DNA of 64,000 nt, taken from assembly GCA_011364905.1 (NCBI GenBank), contig RDNZ01000002.1:32001-96000 (forward strand), in the 5' to 3' direction. Origin of the DNA: Candidatus Thorarchaeota archaeon. GTDB taxonomy: Archaea; Asgardarchaeota; Thorarchaeia; Thorarchaeales; Thorarchaeaceae. Positions 48,347-58,644 of this stretch are shown piece after piece. The notes under the pieces are model-generated. The model did not search any database, had not been told where the DNA came from, and saw only the letters and a program-made list of their open reading frames with translations. The translations under genes and the position numbers were made by a program. The first letter of the stretch is position 1. Each line of letters starts with the position of its first letter.

Positions 48347-49462
48347 ATGAATACAATGACAACGAATCTGATTCATCATGAGGATTTACGAATATTCGCG
48401 CAACAAGTAATAGTAAAGATGGGAGCTTCAGAGGAAGACGCATACTATGTTGCCGATAACCTTGTGACATCGAATCTCCGCGGGATAGATTCCCATGGTG
48501 TTGGTAGACTGAAGAGATACGTGGATGGTATCAAAACAGGGTACATACTTCCGAAAGTATCCAGAGTTGTAAAGAGAGATAGCGCAGTCATCGCGAACAT
48601 TGATGCGATGAACGGGTTAGGGCAACCAGCTGGCGTCTTCGGAATGGAGTTAGCCATTGAAAAAGCACAGAGTACAGGAGTTGGTGTTGTCACTGTATTC
48701 AACTCAAATCACTTTGGTTTCGCTGGATACTACGCAATGATGGCATTGAAACATGACTTGATTGGAATTACAATGACAAACTCAGAGCCGCTTGTTGTCC
48801 CAACTTTCAGTAGGAATGCCATGATAGGAACGAATCCCATTGCCTTTGTTGCACCAACTAACACAGAACGATCTTGGGTGATGGACCTAGCAACGAGCGT
48901 GGTGCCAAGTGGAAAGCTCGAAGTCTATGATAGAGCAGGAAAGGAGATACCCACAGGATGGGCAACCGATGAAACAGGTTCAAGTACGAACGATCCAGCA
49001 CAGGTCCTGAAGAATTTGTATCGAGGTCTCGGCGAAGGTGGTATCTTTCCACTTGGGGGCGAAGGCGAAATTCATGGGGGCCACAAGGGATATGGACTTG
49101 CGACAATGGTAGAAATCCTGTGCGGCGTGATGTCAGGAGGAAATATCCTCCGCGATTTGAAATTCTACGAAAACGAGAAATACAAACACCCAGGAATAGG
49201 TCATTTCTTTATGGCTTTGGACCCATCGTATTTCATTGACATCGATTCATTCAAGGCAAAGATGGATGAGATGATTACTCGTCTGAAAGGCGCAGAGAAA
49301 GCTGAAGGGCAAGACAGGATATTTGTGCATGGCGAGAAGGAGTTCGAAGAGTGTGAACGTCGCACTGCGAATGGAATACCTCTTGATGAAAGAACTGCTG
49401 AGAGTCTATTGGGATTGTCGGAGGAGTTCTCAATTGACATTCATTTCATTGATTCAAAGTAG
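48347..49462 (+). CDS. Ldh_2 family (type 2 malate/L-lactate/sulfolactate) dehydrogenase
   Basis: RG.DSHG, SNHFG.AG.Y, GTNPIA, DLATS, GGHKGYGL. Confidence 0.93.
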   Translation: MNTMTTNLIHHEDLRIFAQQVIVKMGASEEDAYYVADNLVTSNLRGIDSHGVGRLKRYVDGIKTGYILPKVSRVVKRDSAVIANIDAMNGLGQPAGVFGMELAIEKAQSTGVGVVTVFNSNHFGFAGYYAMMALKHDLIGITMTNSEPLVVPTFSRNAMIGTNPIAFVAPTNTERSWVMDLATSVVPSGKLEVYDRAGKEIPTGWATDETGSSTNDPAQVLKNLYRGLGEGGIFPLGGEGEIHGGHKGYGLATMVEILCGVMSGGNILRDLKFYENEKYKHPGIGHFFMALDPSYFIDIDSFKAKMDEMITRLKGAEKAEGQDRIFVHGEKEFEECERRTANGIPLDERTAESLLGLSEEFSIDIHFIDSK

Positions 49463-49575
49463 GTTGAGAGAACGATAATTATACAATGTTTGACGTTTGA
49501 TAAATGTCAAACTTTATTAATCCATAGTGCTTTTTAGAAACATCCAAGAACTTCAGAATGTCGGAGTTTTAAGCA

Positions 49576-50121
49576 ATGAATACTGATGATGAAATGATGG
49601 AAACCGTAGGGAGGAATTTCCTACGGAAATACTGGAAGATGAATCTTGTTTTCGTTGTACTGATTGTTGCAGCTCTAGCAGAAGCACTACTTGTCTTCCT
49701 GTGGGTACTTACGGATCTGCAGACGCTAGGTGTGATCCAAACAACACTTGGACTATTGTCAGTGGGACAGATAATCACACTCATTCTGCATCTTCTGTTC
49801 TGGGAGATAATTCTAGTGGGAATCTGGGTGATTGTTGTTGCTGCATTGGTTTATACAAAATGGTACAACAACCTACCTGACGAGGACAAGTTTCCAAAGA
49901 GAGAGCGAGGTAGACGTGATGAGGGTGACGCTTTTGGATTCCTCATTGGAATCACATGGTTGATAATCATCTGGTTTACAGACCGATGGGATGTTACCTT
50001 CAATGCATGGACAGTCAATGATTGGGTATACTCATGGTTATGGGCGGTGTTTTGGGACCTGTTGATCATTGGCATTCCCGTGTTGTTGTTCTTCATCTAT
50101 TGGATAAGGAAAAAGCCCTGA
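49576..50121 (+). CDS. Trp-rich membrane protein
   Basis: Four TM segments. Confidence 0.75.
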   Translation: MNTDDEMMETVGRNFLRKYWKMNLVFVVLIVAALAEALLVFLWVLTDLQTLGVIQTTLGLLSVGQIITLILHLLFWEIILVGIWVIVVAALVYTKWYNNLPDEDKFPKRERGRRDEGDAFGFLIGITWLIIIWFTDRWDVTFNAWTVNDWVYSWLWAVFWDLLIIGIPVLLFFIYWIRKKP

Positions 50122-50319
50122 TTATTTAGTGAAGTACCTGTCAACAACCTCTTGAATCATCAAGGTTCAGGGGTTGTTCGACACACTTCCATTGTTCAAT
50201 GGACGCTCTCTGTTTCGTTAGTCGGTGGAGTCGTATTATACCAACTAGGTCTTCAAAGATTCTATAAGCTTGGATGGAATATAGTTTCCAAATCATGTTG
50301 AAGCATTAGAGGTTGTCAA

Positions 50320-51147
50320 ATGAATCAGGAACTGGGTCTTTCCCCCCGATCATGTGCGAGGAATGCTGGAACTTTCTTATTGATCAGACTATCATTTGGT
50401 TCAATCATCTACCTTGCTTTGAACAGCGTATTCCCGGTTCCGAGTTATGAGATGGTCGGAGCAATCTCCAATATCAAGACAAATTCGTTACTTTTCACCG
50501 GTCTTCTTGCTGCTCTGTTCTTTATGGGGCTATTCAGTTTGATCGTTGCGTTCCCTCTGAACAATGTCCTGACTTCAATCGACGAAGATGGTTCAAAACG
50601 TGCTCAAAAGGCAAGGTTGGCTGAACTCTTCTTCTTCATAGTTGGCATGGGATTATTGATATTCGAGAATCCAAACTCTATTCAGATACTGTTTGTTAGC
50701 TTTGTCTTTTATGTCATCTATATGATTCTGAATGGGTACCTAGTTTTCGTGTCAGGATACCTTAGCAAAGTCCTTGGGATTTCAATGATACTAGGCGGAA
50801 TAACGGGATTTCTAACAATCACAATCACGCTCTATCAAATGCCTGGTTTAATCTGGCTATCAACAATAGGCGGCCTCTGTGTCGTGATTCCAGAAGTTGC
50901 CATGGCATTTACATTCTTAATAAAAGCACTCAGAATTGAAATCACTGACCCCAAAGAAACAATAACAATGATCTTGAAGGAATTTGGCGAAGCAACAACA
51001 GCAGAAATCATGGACCAATCGTCAAAGGTGTCTGCCGAGTGTAAAGACCGTATTCCTGAAGCCTTGGTATTCTTGGAATCTGAAGGCAAGGTCGCCAAGA
51101 AGCTATCAAAAGAGAAGAGAGGTTATGTTTGGTCACTAGTAAGCTAG
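50320..51147 (+). CDS. DUF4386-like membrane protein with C-terminal winged-helix-like domain
   Basis: AR.AG, SGYL.K.LG, E...A..FLIK, then GEATTAEI...L..LE.EGKV.K......GYVW. Confidence 0.7.
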   Translation: MNQELGLSPRSCARNAGTFLLIRLSFGSIIYLALNSVFPVPSYEMVGAISNIKTNSLLFTGLLAALFFMGLFSLIVAFPLNNVLTSIDEDGSKRAQKARLAELFFFIVGMGLLIFENPNSIQILFVSFVFYVIYMILNGYLVFVSGYLSKVLGISMILGGITGFLTITITLYQMPGLIWLSTIGGLCVVIPEVAMAFTFLIKALRIEITDPKETITMILKEFGEATTAEIMDQSSKVSAECKDRIPEALVFLESEGKVAKKLSKEKRGYVWSLVS

Positions 51148-51190
51148 AGAAAAGGTGTGAGAGAATTGTCGCATCCAGCTGTGAGGGTAG

Positions 51191-51727
51191 TCAAACTATG
51201 TACAGGTAAATCTTAGAATCTTCAACTGCTTTAATTGGTGACCATCCCTCAAAGAGATGAATATACGATACTATACGGGTGCCTGGATTTAACTCGCTGG
51301 TTAACTTCGCTTTCAACCGATTGTTTGTACCTATCCGCTGAAACACGGTCACCACTGTAGCTCCCGAGAGGTCTAGATCGAAGAAATTCCCCTTGACTAC
51401 CTGCACTTTTTCTTGCATCCCATTTCGTTGAACATTCCATCGCGACCACATGATACGAAATGGATCCACCTCGATTCCGATGGCTTTGGCTCCGAACTCC
51501 TTAGCTGCCATTATGATGATACGTCCATCTCCTGAACCTAAATCCACTACTGTGTCATCTTGGGTAACATTAGCCAATTTTAGCATCTTTCGAACTGTTT
51601 CTCGTGGGGTTGGTGTCCATGGTGCTCCTTTTACAATTACAGGCCACAACAATGAAAGACCAAAGATGATGATGCAAATGCAAATGAATAGGAAAGTAAT
51701 TCTAATTAGCATCAAGGTATCAATCAA
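51191..51727 (-). CDS. Membrane-anchored SAM-dependent (protein-lysine-type) methyltransferase
   Basis: N-terminal TM, APWTPT, DLGSGDGR, GIE, PGTRIVS. Confidence 0.88.
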   Translation of the reverse strand: MIDTLMLIRITFLFICICIIIFGLSLLWPVIVKGAPWTPTPRETVRKMLKLANVTQDDTVVDLGSGDGRIIIMAAKEFGAKAIGIEVDPFRIMWSRWNVQRNGMQEKVQVVKGNFFDLDLSGATVVTVFQRIGTNNRLKAKLTSELNPGTRIVSYIHLFEGWSPIKAVEDSKIYLYIV

Positions 51728-51879
51728 ATGAGCACCACATCTCTACTTCGATTTGTTACGGTTTCTAATGTGACATTAGAACGGAGATGGACTATTCAAA
51801 TTAAACTATATCATTTCTCGGTTTTTGCGAGAGAATCTAACTTAACACGCGCATGTTGATAACATACTGGGTCATTTGG

Positions 51880-52671
51880 ATGAGTAGGTATTCGGTGGAA
51901 ATTCAACCTGCAACAATTGAAGATGCAGGCACTCTTACAGAAACTTGTAAGAGAGCATTTGAATCTGATTCAGAATTTGGAGCACCCGGGCTAGGTGGAC
52001 CTCCGGGGTACGACTCAGTTGAATGGAATGCTGACAAGATCAGGAATCGCTATCTAAACTTCTACAAAATCCTCGAAGGAAAGGAAATCGTTGGCGGATT
52101 CATTGTCGGTGACAGAGGCCCAGACTACATGGTGTGTGAACGAATCTGGGTAAATCCTGACCATATGCGAAAGAGCATAGGAACGAAAACCTTCAAGCTG
52201 GTCTGGAACCTCTACCCCTCAGCGGACCTGTGGGTCTTGGGAACTCCAGAGTGGAACACGAGAACAAATCCGTTTTATCAAAGCGTAGGTTTTGTTCAGA
52301 TTGGTAAAACACACGATTATTCATGGGACGGCATATACTACGAGAAGAGAATGAAAGAAGGATTCCCAAAGGCAATGTCGAGGATTGAAGAAATTCGGGA
52401 CAGGCAACAGAGAGTGATTGTCGAAGGAAGAGTTGAGAGAATCGTAGGACCTCGTTCAGTAAAATCCCGCAGGACTGGGGAAGACCTAACGGTGGCTGAT
52501 GTGACTCTCTCAGATGACACAGGCTCAATCAAGCTAGTCCTATGGAACAATCAGATACCTCAAGTGAAGATTGACACAAGCATTCGGATTGAAGAAGGGC
52601 ATGTAAAGACCTATCGAGAGGAACTGCAAATGACGGTGGGGCAATGGGGAATGATAATAACTCTGACATGA
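51880..52671 (+). CDS. GNAT acetyltransferase fused to an SSB/RPA-type OB fold
   Basis: GNAT: IWVNP....SIG, TPEWN.RT..FY..VGF; OB: LSDDTGSIKLVLW, IRIE.G.V..Y...LQ. Confidence 0.85.
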   Translation: MSRYSVEIQPATIEDAGTLTETCKRAFESDSEFGAPGLGGPPGYDSVEWNADKIRNRYLNFYKILEGKEIVGGFIVGDRGPDYMVCERIWVNPDHMRKSIGTKTFKLVWNLYPSADLWVLGTPEWNTRTNPFYQSVGFVQIGKTHDYSWDGIYYEKRMKEGFPKAMSRIEEIRDRQQRVIVEGRVERIVGPRSVKSRRTGEDLTVADVTLSDDTGSIKLVLWNNQIPQVKIDTSIRIEEGHVKTYREELQMTVGQWGMIITLT

Positions 52672-52701
52672 GAATCTCTCACACTTTCTCACGAAACATG
52701 A

Positions 52702-53643
52702 TTAGTAGTCGTAGTATCCTGATCCTTCCGAATAGTAGTCCATGGGTTGTTCAGATCGGCCACGACGGGATCTAATTACCACTAGGCCTACAACTGCAAT
52801 CGCGATAGCGCCGCCGCCAGCAATGACAAGCCTGAGATCAATATCACCTCCAAATAGAGGAGGCGGTGTACTAGGTTCCTCCAAGGATAGTAAATTGATT
52901 TCAGCTACAATTTCATTATTCTCATCGTACTGCCATTGCTGAACCAAAACTCCATTGTCAATATCAACCCAGACAATCGGTCCTCCTTGATAATAGTCCC
53001 AATCATCTGGATTGCCAAAATCAGTATAAAGTCCCTCAAAGACGTAGGTATCAAGAACATAACATTCATACCCTCCGACCTCTTCTGTATAGATGTTAGT
53101 GTCATCTTCCATCAAGAGGAATGTGTATTCATGGTAATCCACTGATTCTACGTAGATGCCATCTTCATAGTAGACCTCTGTATATGTTTCCTCGAATAGT
53201 GTTTCATTGTCAGTTATCGTGTGGTAATATCCATATTCATACATTGTTGTGACTGTGACTTGCTGATACCCTTCCAAGTGAAAGGAATATGTTGTTTCTG
53301 ACTTGACCAATTTACCATTGATATTCGTATAGCTGTATTGATCTATAATATCGATATATCCCGAGTCTTGTGACTGTAGCCGATAGTCTGGTCGATGCAT
53401 GATATAGTGCGTATTGTATGTGTCAAAAAACGTCTGTAGTGATTCGTTGGAGTATGTCTCATAGAGAGTAAACTCACCTTCAAGTTCTATCCCTTCAAGG
53501 GTGAGATTATAGCTATACTTGCCCATGAATCCTCTTCCTTGAGCACTCACTGGTGTAACAAAAAGAAGTGAGAAACACAGTATGCCAATTAACAATGAGG
53601 TTAGTGTAGGTAGTAGGATTCGATATCTTAAACTGAACAACAT
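52702..53643 (-). CDS. Type I membrane/surface protein, Tyr-rich
   Basis: Signal peptide ending VSA, acidic beta-rich ectodomain, C-terminal TM + RSRRGR tail; ORF extends to 53682. Confidence 0.75.
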   Translation of the reverse strand: MLFSLRYRILLPTLTSLLIGILCFSLLFVTPVSAQGRGFMGKYSYNLTLEGIELEGEFTLYETYSNESLQTFFDTYNTHYIMHRPDYRLQSQDSGYIDIIDQYSYTNINGKLVKSETTYSFHLEGYQQVTVTTMYEYGYYHTITDNETLFEETYTEVYYEDGIYVESVDYHEYTFLLMEDDTNIYTEEVGGYECYVLDTYVFEGLYTDFGNPDDWDYYQGGPIVWVDIDNGVLVQQWQYDENNEIVAEINLLSLEEPSTPPPLFGGDIDLRLVIAGGGAIAIAVVGLVVIRSRRGRSEQPMDYYSEGSGYYDY

Positions 53644-53931
53644 GGCCTCATTCCTCCACATTTCCATAAACATCACCCCCATAAAAAAAGTCTGGTGGAA
53701 GTATTCCGTTGATTATTGACTCATGAGTTCTTCTTTTTGGATGAGGAAACAAGAAACTGACTTTGACGTCAAGCAAGAAGAGTTCATCAATTTCTCATGA
53801 GTTTGGGGCTGATCGCAATTTCATTTTCCATAGTGAATGGAGGACCTTATCTGGAAACCAATTAGAGGTGGGACCTTCCGAAGCACACCATGGAGAAGAG
53901 ATGGTTGAAGTTGTTAATGAAGTTCACTTAT

Positions 53932-54897
53932 TCATAACTCAAGTGAGATGGAAGAAATGGCTTCCTTTTGCTCTGATGTCAGTTGTATCCTCATAGCCTT
54001 AGCGTTTTGTTCTGCTTGATAGGTCTTGCTAGCCCCTGGTATTGCCACAATTGTGTCCCCATGATATGTTGTCGTCCAAGACAACGCAATCTGCGCGGCT
54101 TTAGCCTCATGTTCGCATGCTATGGATTCCAACGTTTCAATTAAGGCATGTGTCTTCTCTAACTGTCTGCTAAGACGAGACCTTCTAAGTCTGGGCATAT
54201 AGTGAAGAAGCGTTGGACTGTGGTGGAGATTTCCCGTAAGCACCCCTTGTCCTAAGGGAGTGTAAGCAATGATGGTGACTCCTAAGTCCTTTGCAGCTTC
54301 CAAGACACCATTAGTTTCAATGTTTCGATGGAGAAGAGAGAATTGCATCTGGTTGGCCGCGAGGGGAATACCCCATTCCTCAAGAGCCTCGTGAGCCTTT
54401 ATCATCCGACTCTTTGAAAAATTGCTGACGCCTATTGCCCGAATTAATCCAGATTCAAATAAATTTGCCATCTCTTTCATTTGAGTCTTTACAGATGAAA
54501 CTGAGTAAGGCATATGGATAATGTAGAGACCAATTGGATATGGTGCTAACCGTTCGATGCTTTTCCTCGCCGATTTCCTCATTGATTTGGCTCGTTTAAG
54601 TATGGGAAACCATTTTGTGGAAATGACTACATCTTCAGGTTTCACACCTGCAGCTTTCAGCCCCTTTGCAACTGATATCTCTGAATAACCAGAGCCGTAT
54701 AACTCAGCAGTGTCAATCCAGTTCGTTCCGTTTTCTATAGCGGTGCAGATGACCTCATCTTGAGTATCTGGCGGAACAGGTGCCAATAGATACTTTATCA
54801 TCCCTTTTCCACCGGAAAACTCCATGGCTCCAAGACCAATAGGGGTTATTCTTATGTCAGTTTTTCCTAGAGAACGTTTCTGAATAGCCTGGATCAT
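53932..54897 (-). CDS. Aldo/keto reductase
   Basis: IDTAELYG, STK, IH.P, IGVSNF, AYTPLGQG, IPGA. Confidence 0.93.
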   Translation of the reverse strand: MIQAIQKRSLGKTDIRITPIGLGAMEFSGGKGMIKYLLAPVPPDTQDEVICTAIENGTNWIDTAELYGSGYSEISVAKGLKAAGVKPEDVVISTKWFPILKRAKSMRKSARKSIERLAPYPIGLYIIHMPYSVSSVKTQMKEMANLFESGLIRAIGVSNFSKSRMIKAHEALEEWGIPLAANQMQFSLLHRNIETNGVLEAAKDLGVTIIAYTPLGQGVLTGNLHHSPTLLHYMPRLRRSRLSRQLEKTHALIETLESIACEHEAKAAQIALSWTTTYHGDTIVAIPGASKTYQAEQNAKAMRIQLTSEQKEAISSISLEL

Positions 54898-55169
54898 ATT
54901 ATCATCCCTTCATCTTACAAAGAGAGTGGAATAAACTTTGACTCAGGTGCAAAACGAACTAGATTTCCATTTTGTGCAAAGGGAGTATGCTACCACAAAA
55001 AAAGTACATTAGAAATCTCACTAGTTCTGACTCGGTTGAACGAGAGTTACGATGGCGCCTTCCAACGATGTAGACTCGTGGTTCTCTGTATGCGCTTTGA
55101 GGAGAACTGTCAGAGTCATAAACAAGTAGAGAAATAACGATGATATGTAACTGAAATTTCGTGGTCTGC

Positions 55170-57995
55170 ATGAAACCGAAAATCGTCATCGTTCCTCACA
55201 CTCACTGGGACCGAGAATGGTACCTGCCTTTTCAGAGGTTTAGAATGAAACTAGTACATCTTATCGATGAACTCCTAGAGATTCTGGACCATCATAAGTA
55301 TACATTCATGCTTGATGGGCAGACGATTCTAATTGAGGACTATCTTGAGATACACCCGGAGAAGAAGGATGAGTTTTTGAAGAGAATTCGAGAGGGAAAA
55401 ATAGTCGTAGGACCTTGGTACCTTCTTCCAGACGAATGGTTGGTTGGTGGGGAGAGTCTAATCCGAAATCTTGAGTATAGTCAGTCGCTAGCAAAGAGGA
55501 TGAAGATACCCCTCATGGATCTAGCCTATCTTCCAGATCAGTTTGGTCATTCATCAGGAATCCCTCAACTTCTTCATGATCTCACAAGTTTACGAACTAC
55601 TGTTCTTTGGCGAGGAGTGCCATCCAAGATGACAACTGTCCCATTCGCATGGACCTCCCACTCATCGTCAAATGCTGTAATTCGTGGAATATATCTCCCC
55701 AGCGGCTATGGTAACTTTGCCATTCTTCCCGATGACTACGAGGCGTTTGTCAACCTTGTTAGTGACAATGTCACAGAGCTTGAACAATTCTCTCCAGTTC
55801 CAGTCTATCTATTGATGAACGGTTCGGATCACAGATACCCACAAGCCTACGCAATTGACTACGTGAATAAAATGAGAACGGAGGGGCACGACATTTCCAT
55901 TGGATCTCTTCGCGAGTATGCAGACTTGTTGGATCAGAGAATGACAGAAGCAAACCATGTCCCTACACAATATGTAGGAGAGTTTCGTTCACCTGCAAGA
56001 GCTCCCCTCCTCCAAGACACCTATTCCGCACGAATGTGGATCAAGATTTGGAACCAACGAGTTGAGGACAGTTTGACAATGAGAGTAGAGCCTATGAGCT
56101 CATACCTGTGGTTCCATTTAGGCAGACCGTATCCGTATGGTTTCATGGAAACAGCTTGGAAGTGGCTTTTGAAGAACCAACCGCATGACTCAATCTGTGG
56201 CTGTTCAGTTGACCAAACACATAATGAGATGAAGTCCAGATTCTCTTGGGCAGAGTCTATTGGCGAGAGCGTGATTGATGACACTTGTGGAGCCATTCAG
56301 AAAGCAGCTGTTCCATCCGACACATCAAGCCTTCTCGTCTTTAATTCTTCAGGCAGTGTGGCCAGTCCTGTCTATTTCGAGTTTTCTTATCCCAAAGAAA
56401 AGAAAGTCAAAGGAATTCAAGGTCCTGATGGTATTGTCTATGATGTTCAGCCTCTAACCTCGCGACAGGATATCTTCATGGAAACCACAGTTGGACTTAC
56501 AATGGCAAAGATGGGGATGCGGCTTCTTCCAGGAAGGAAACTAATGGACTTCTATATCAACGGCGTGGAGTATTTCGAGGGGGATGAGCCAGGTCTCCTT
56601 GAACTGAGATTCATCTCTGACAGACATCCGGTCGGAGATTTCGATATTGAGGAATTCAAGCGTGAAGCAAGAAGTATGATTGAAAGTAAGCGGTTCAAGA
56701 AAGTCCATTTGGTTGCTGCTCGTCCCACTCAGAGTGTTTACGCATCTATGGTCCCATTGCAACCATGGTCATTTACTCAGCTTATTCCTATCCCTGAAAC
56801 CCCTAGCACCAAAGAGGAGTTAGAATGGACTGCAGAAGGCAACAAGGTTGAGAACAAGTTCTACTCCGTTTCATTCAACAGGGATGGTTCTCTGAATCTT
56901 TTAGACAAGGAAACGGAAACTGTGTATAGTAGGGTCCATGTGTTCGAAGATATGGGTGATAGAGGAGACGAGTATACGTTTGGTAGAGTGGAGCCAGAGA
57001 AAGAAAAGGTAAAGAGTATTAAAAGAACCCTAATCACAACCGGACCGATCTTTGCTGAGATACATCAGACCATGCTGCTTGAAGTGTTTGAGAGCATCGA
57101 TGTAAAGCGGGAGAAGAGAGTTGGAGCTACAACAATTCCAGTTGAATCCACATTCAGATTTTACCGCGACAGTCCAAGGATAGAAGTAACAACGAGGATA
57201 GTCAATAAAGCGAAAGATCATAGATTGAGGGTTTGCTTTGAACTCCCCTTTGTGTCCGAGGAAACCATCACCTCGACTCACTTCGGATGTATTCTTCGAA
57301 ACGGTTCTGCGGAAACAATCCCGCTTGAGAATGAACTTGAGAGAACAAAATCCACTTTTCCTGAAAAGCCCTCTGGAATACAACCACAGAAGCAGTTCAT
57401 TCGTGTTGAGAGTGACACAGGAGAAGACGCCATTACGATATTGAACAGAGGCCTTCCGGAAGTCGAACTTATTGAGGGGAATCGAGTGGCGGTAACTCTC
57501 ATAAGATCCATTGGATGGTTGTCAAGATCCGACAATCCAGCAAGACCTATCCATGCAGGACCTTCAGAAGAAACGCCAGGAGCTCAAGAATTTAACTCTG
57601 AATACGAGTTCAACTATGCCTTTTTGGCTCATACGAAAGACGTACCAATCCATGAGAGCGCAGAACATGCTGACACTTTCTCGGACAAACCGATGGTGAT
57701 TTCTTTCAATGAAGCAGAGCCACCAAACGCACTAACAGAGTCAATCATTCGACTCGATAACCCATATGTGAGAATATCATCCCTAAGAGTCAAAGATGAG
57801 GCCCTTCTTATGACACTATACAACATAAACAACTCAGAAACCTCGGTACTCGTTGATATATCTGAGAGAATCGATAAGGCATCTGAGGTTCGACTTGACG
57901 GATCAGAAAAGGAGGAGATCCGGATCACGGACCATACACTGAAGCTAGTCTTCAAACCGCGAGAGATTAAAATGTGCAAGCTTGAAACGAACTGA
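55170..57995 (+). CDS. Glycoside hydrolase family 38 (alpha-mannosidase/mannosylglycerate hydrolase-like)
   Basis: HTHWDREWY, LDGQ, GPWY, PDQFGH, NGSDH, HDSICGCS. Confidence 0.93.
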   Translation: MKPKIVIVPHTHWDREWYLPFQRFRMKLVHLIDELLEILDHHKYTFMLDGQTILIEDYLEIHPEKKDEFLKRIREGKIVVGPWYLLPDEWLVGGESLIRNLEYSQSLAKRMKIPLMDLAYLPDQFGHSSGIPQLLHDLTSLRTTVLWRGVPSKMTTVPFAWTSHSSSNAVIRGIYLPSGYGNFAILPDDYEAFVNLVSDNVTELEQFSPVPVYLLMNGSDHRYPQAYAIDYVNKMRTEGHDISIGSLREYADLLDQRMTEANHVPTQYVGEFRSPARAPLLQDTYSARMWIKIWNQRVEDSLTMRVEPMSSYLWFHLGRPYPYGFMETAWKWLLKNQPHDSICGCSVDQTHNEMKSRFSWAESIGESVIDDTCGAIQKAAVPSDTSSLLVFNSSGSVASPVYFEFSYPKEKKVKGIQGPDGIVYDVQPLTSRQDIFMETTVGLTMAKMGMRLLPGRKLMDFYINGVEYFEGDEPGLLELRFISDRHPVGDFDIEEFKREARSMIESKRFKKVHLVAARPTQSVYASMVPLQPWSFTQLIPIPETPSTKEELEWTAEGNKVENKFYSVSFNRDGSLNLLDKETETVYSRVHVFEDMGDRGDEYTFGRVEPEKEKVKSIKRTLITTGPIFAEIHQTMLLEVFESIDVKREKRVGATTIPVESTFRFYRDSPRIEVTTRIVNKAKDHRLRVCFELPFVSEETITSTHFGCILRNGSAETIPLENELERTKSTFPEKPSGIQPQKQFIRVESDTGEDAITILNRGLPEVELIEGNRVAVTLIRSIGWLSRSDNPARPIHAGPSEETPGAQEFNSEYEFNYAFLAHTKDVPIHESAEHADTFSDKPMVISFNEAEPPNALTESIIRLDNPYVRISSLRVKDEALLMTLYNINNSETSVLVDISERIDKASEVRLDGSEKEEIRITDHTLKLVFKPREIKMCKLETN

Positions 57996-58008
57996 GACAA
58001 ATCCAAAA

Positions 58009-58308
58009 CTAGTGATTTCCTTCAACATCAGATTTGGTCCAGTTTGGTTCGGGAGCCTCCAGAAACACCCACATGACAAAGCCTCGTTTGTTTCGAGATA
58101 GAGCAGGGATGAAACTTGGACTAAAACCATGTTCAACTGTGAACTTCTGTTCCCATGCTTGTATCAAATCGCCGAATGGAAAAGTATCATCATTGATCAT
58201 CTCTCGTCCTTGGGCTTCATCTATACCAAGATTCAATAAAATCCAACGACGCCACTTCTCAGGAGTTTGGGGATACTTTATTCGACTATTCAAATCATAG
58301 GGAGTCAT
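58009..58308 (-). CDS. Hypothetical protein
   Basis: 99-aa ORF filling an intergenic gap; no motif. Confidence 0.5.
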   Translation of the reverse strand: MTPYDLNSRIKYPQTPEKWRRWILLNLGIDEAQGREMINDDTFPFGDLIQAWEQKFTVEHGFSPSFIPALSRNKRGFVMWVFLEAPEPNWTKSDVEGNH

Positions 58309-58644
58309 AATCTAATGCAGTTGATTTCATGATATGAAACCTTCCTTTGAAATTTCAAGAAGTCAATGATCTGGAGGGGCAATCTTTTTGGAATTCCAGA
58401 AGTAAAAAGCCATAGCAACAGCCAATATGAAAAGACTTACATCTACGACAGAAATCCATCGACTACTAATCATAGAACCATTTGGAGAGGTTGGATCATG
58501 TGGGGAGGCAGATCGTCTTGTTGTAGTAGGTGTGGAGAACGACCTATCCAAACACCAACTCGAAAGTCCTTCATCGTCTCATAAATCCATTTGTTCTGGA
58601 TTACGAAAGATAATAATGAAGGTTAGATTTCGGTTTGTCCTGCA

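Noticed and set aside
50947-51147. Z-alpha (Z-DNA binding) domain call
   Set aside because: Has the wing Trp but lacks the N..LY helix and PP motif
53683-53931. Possible gene remnant in a 250-bp gap
   Set aside because: No frame gives a recognisable motif
58320-58644. Three overlapping short ORFs, one with CCSRC
   Set aside because: Mutually overlapping, no clear RBS or family motif; cannot choose one
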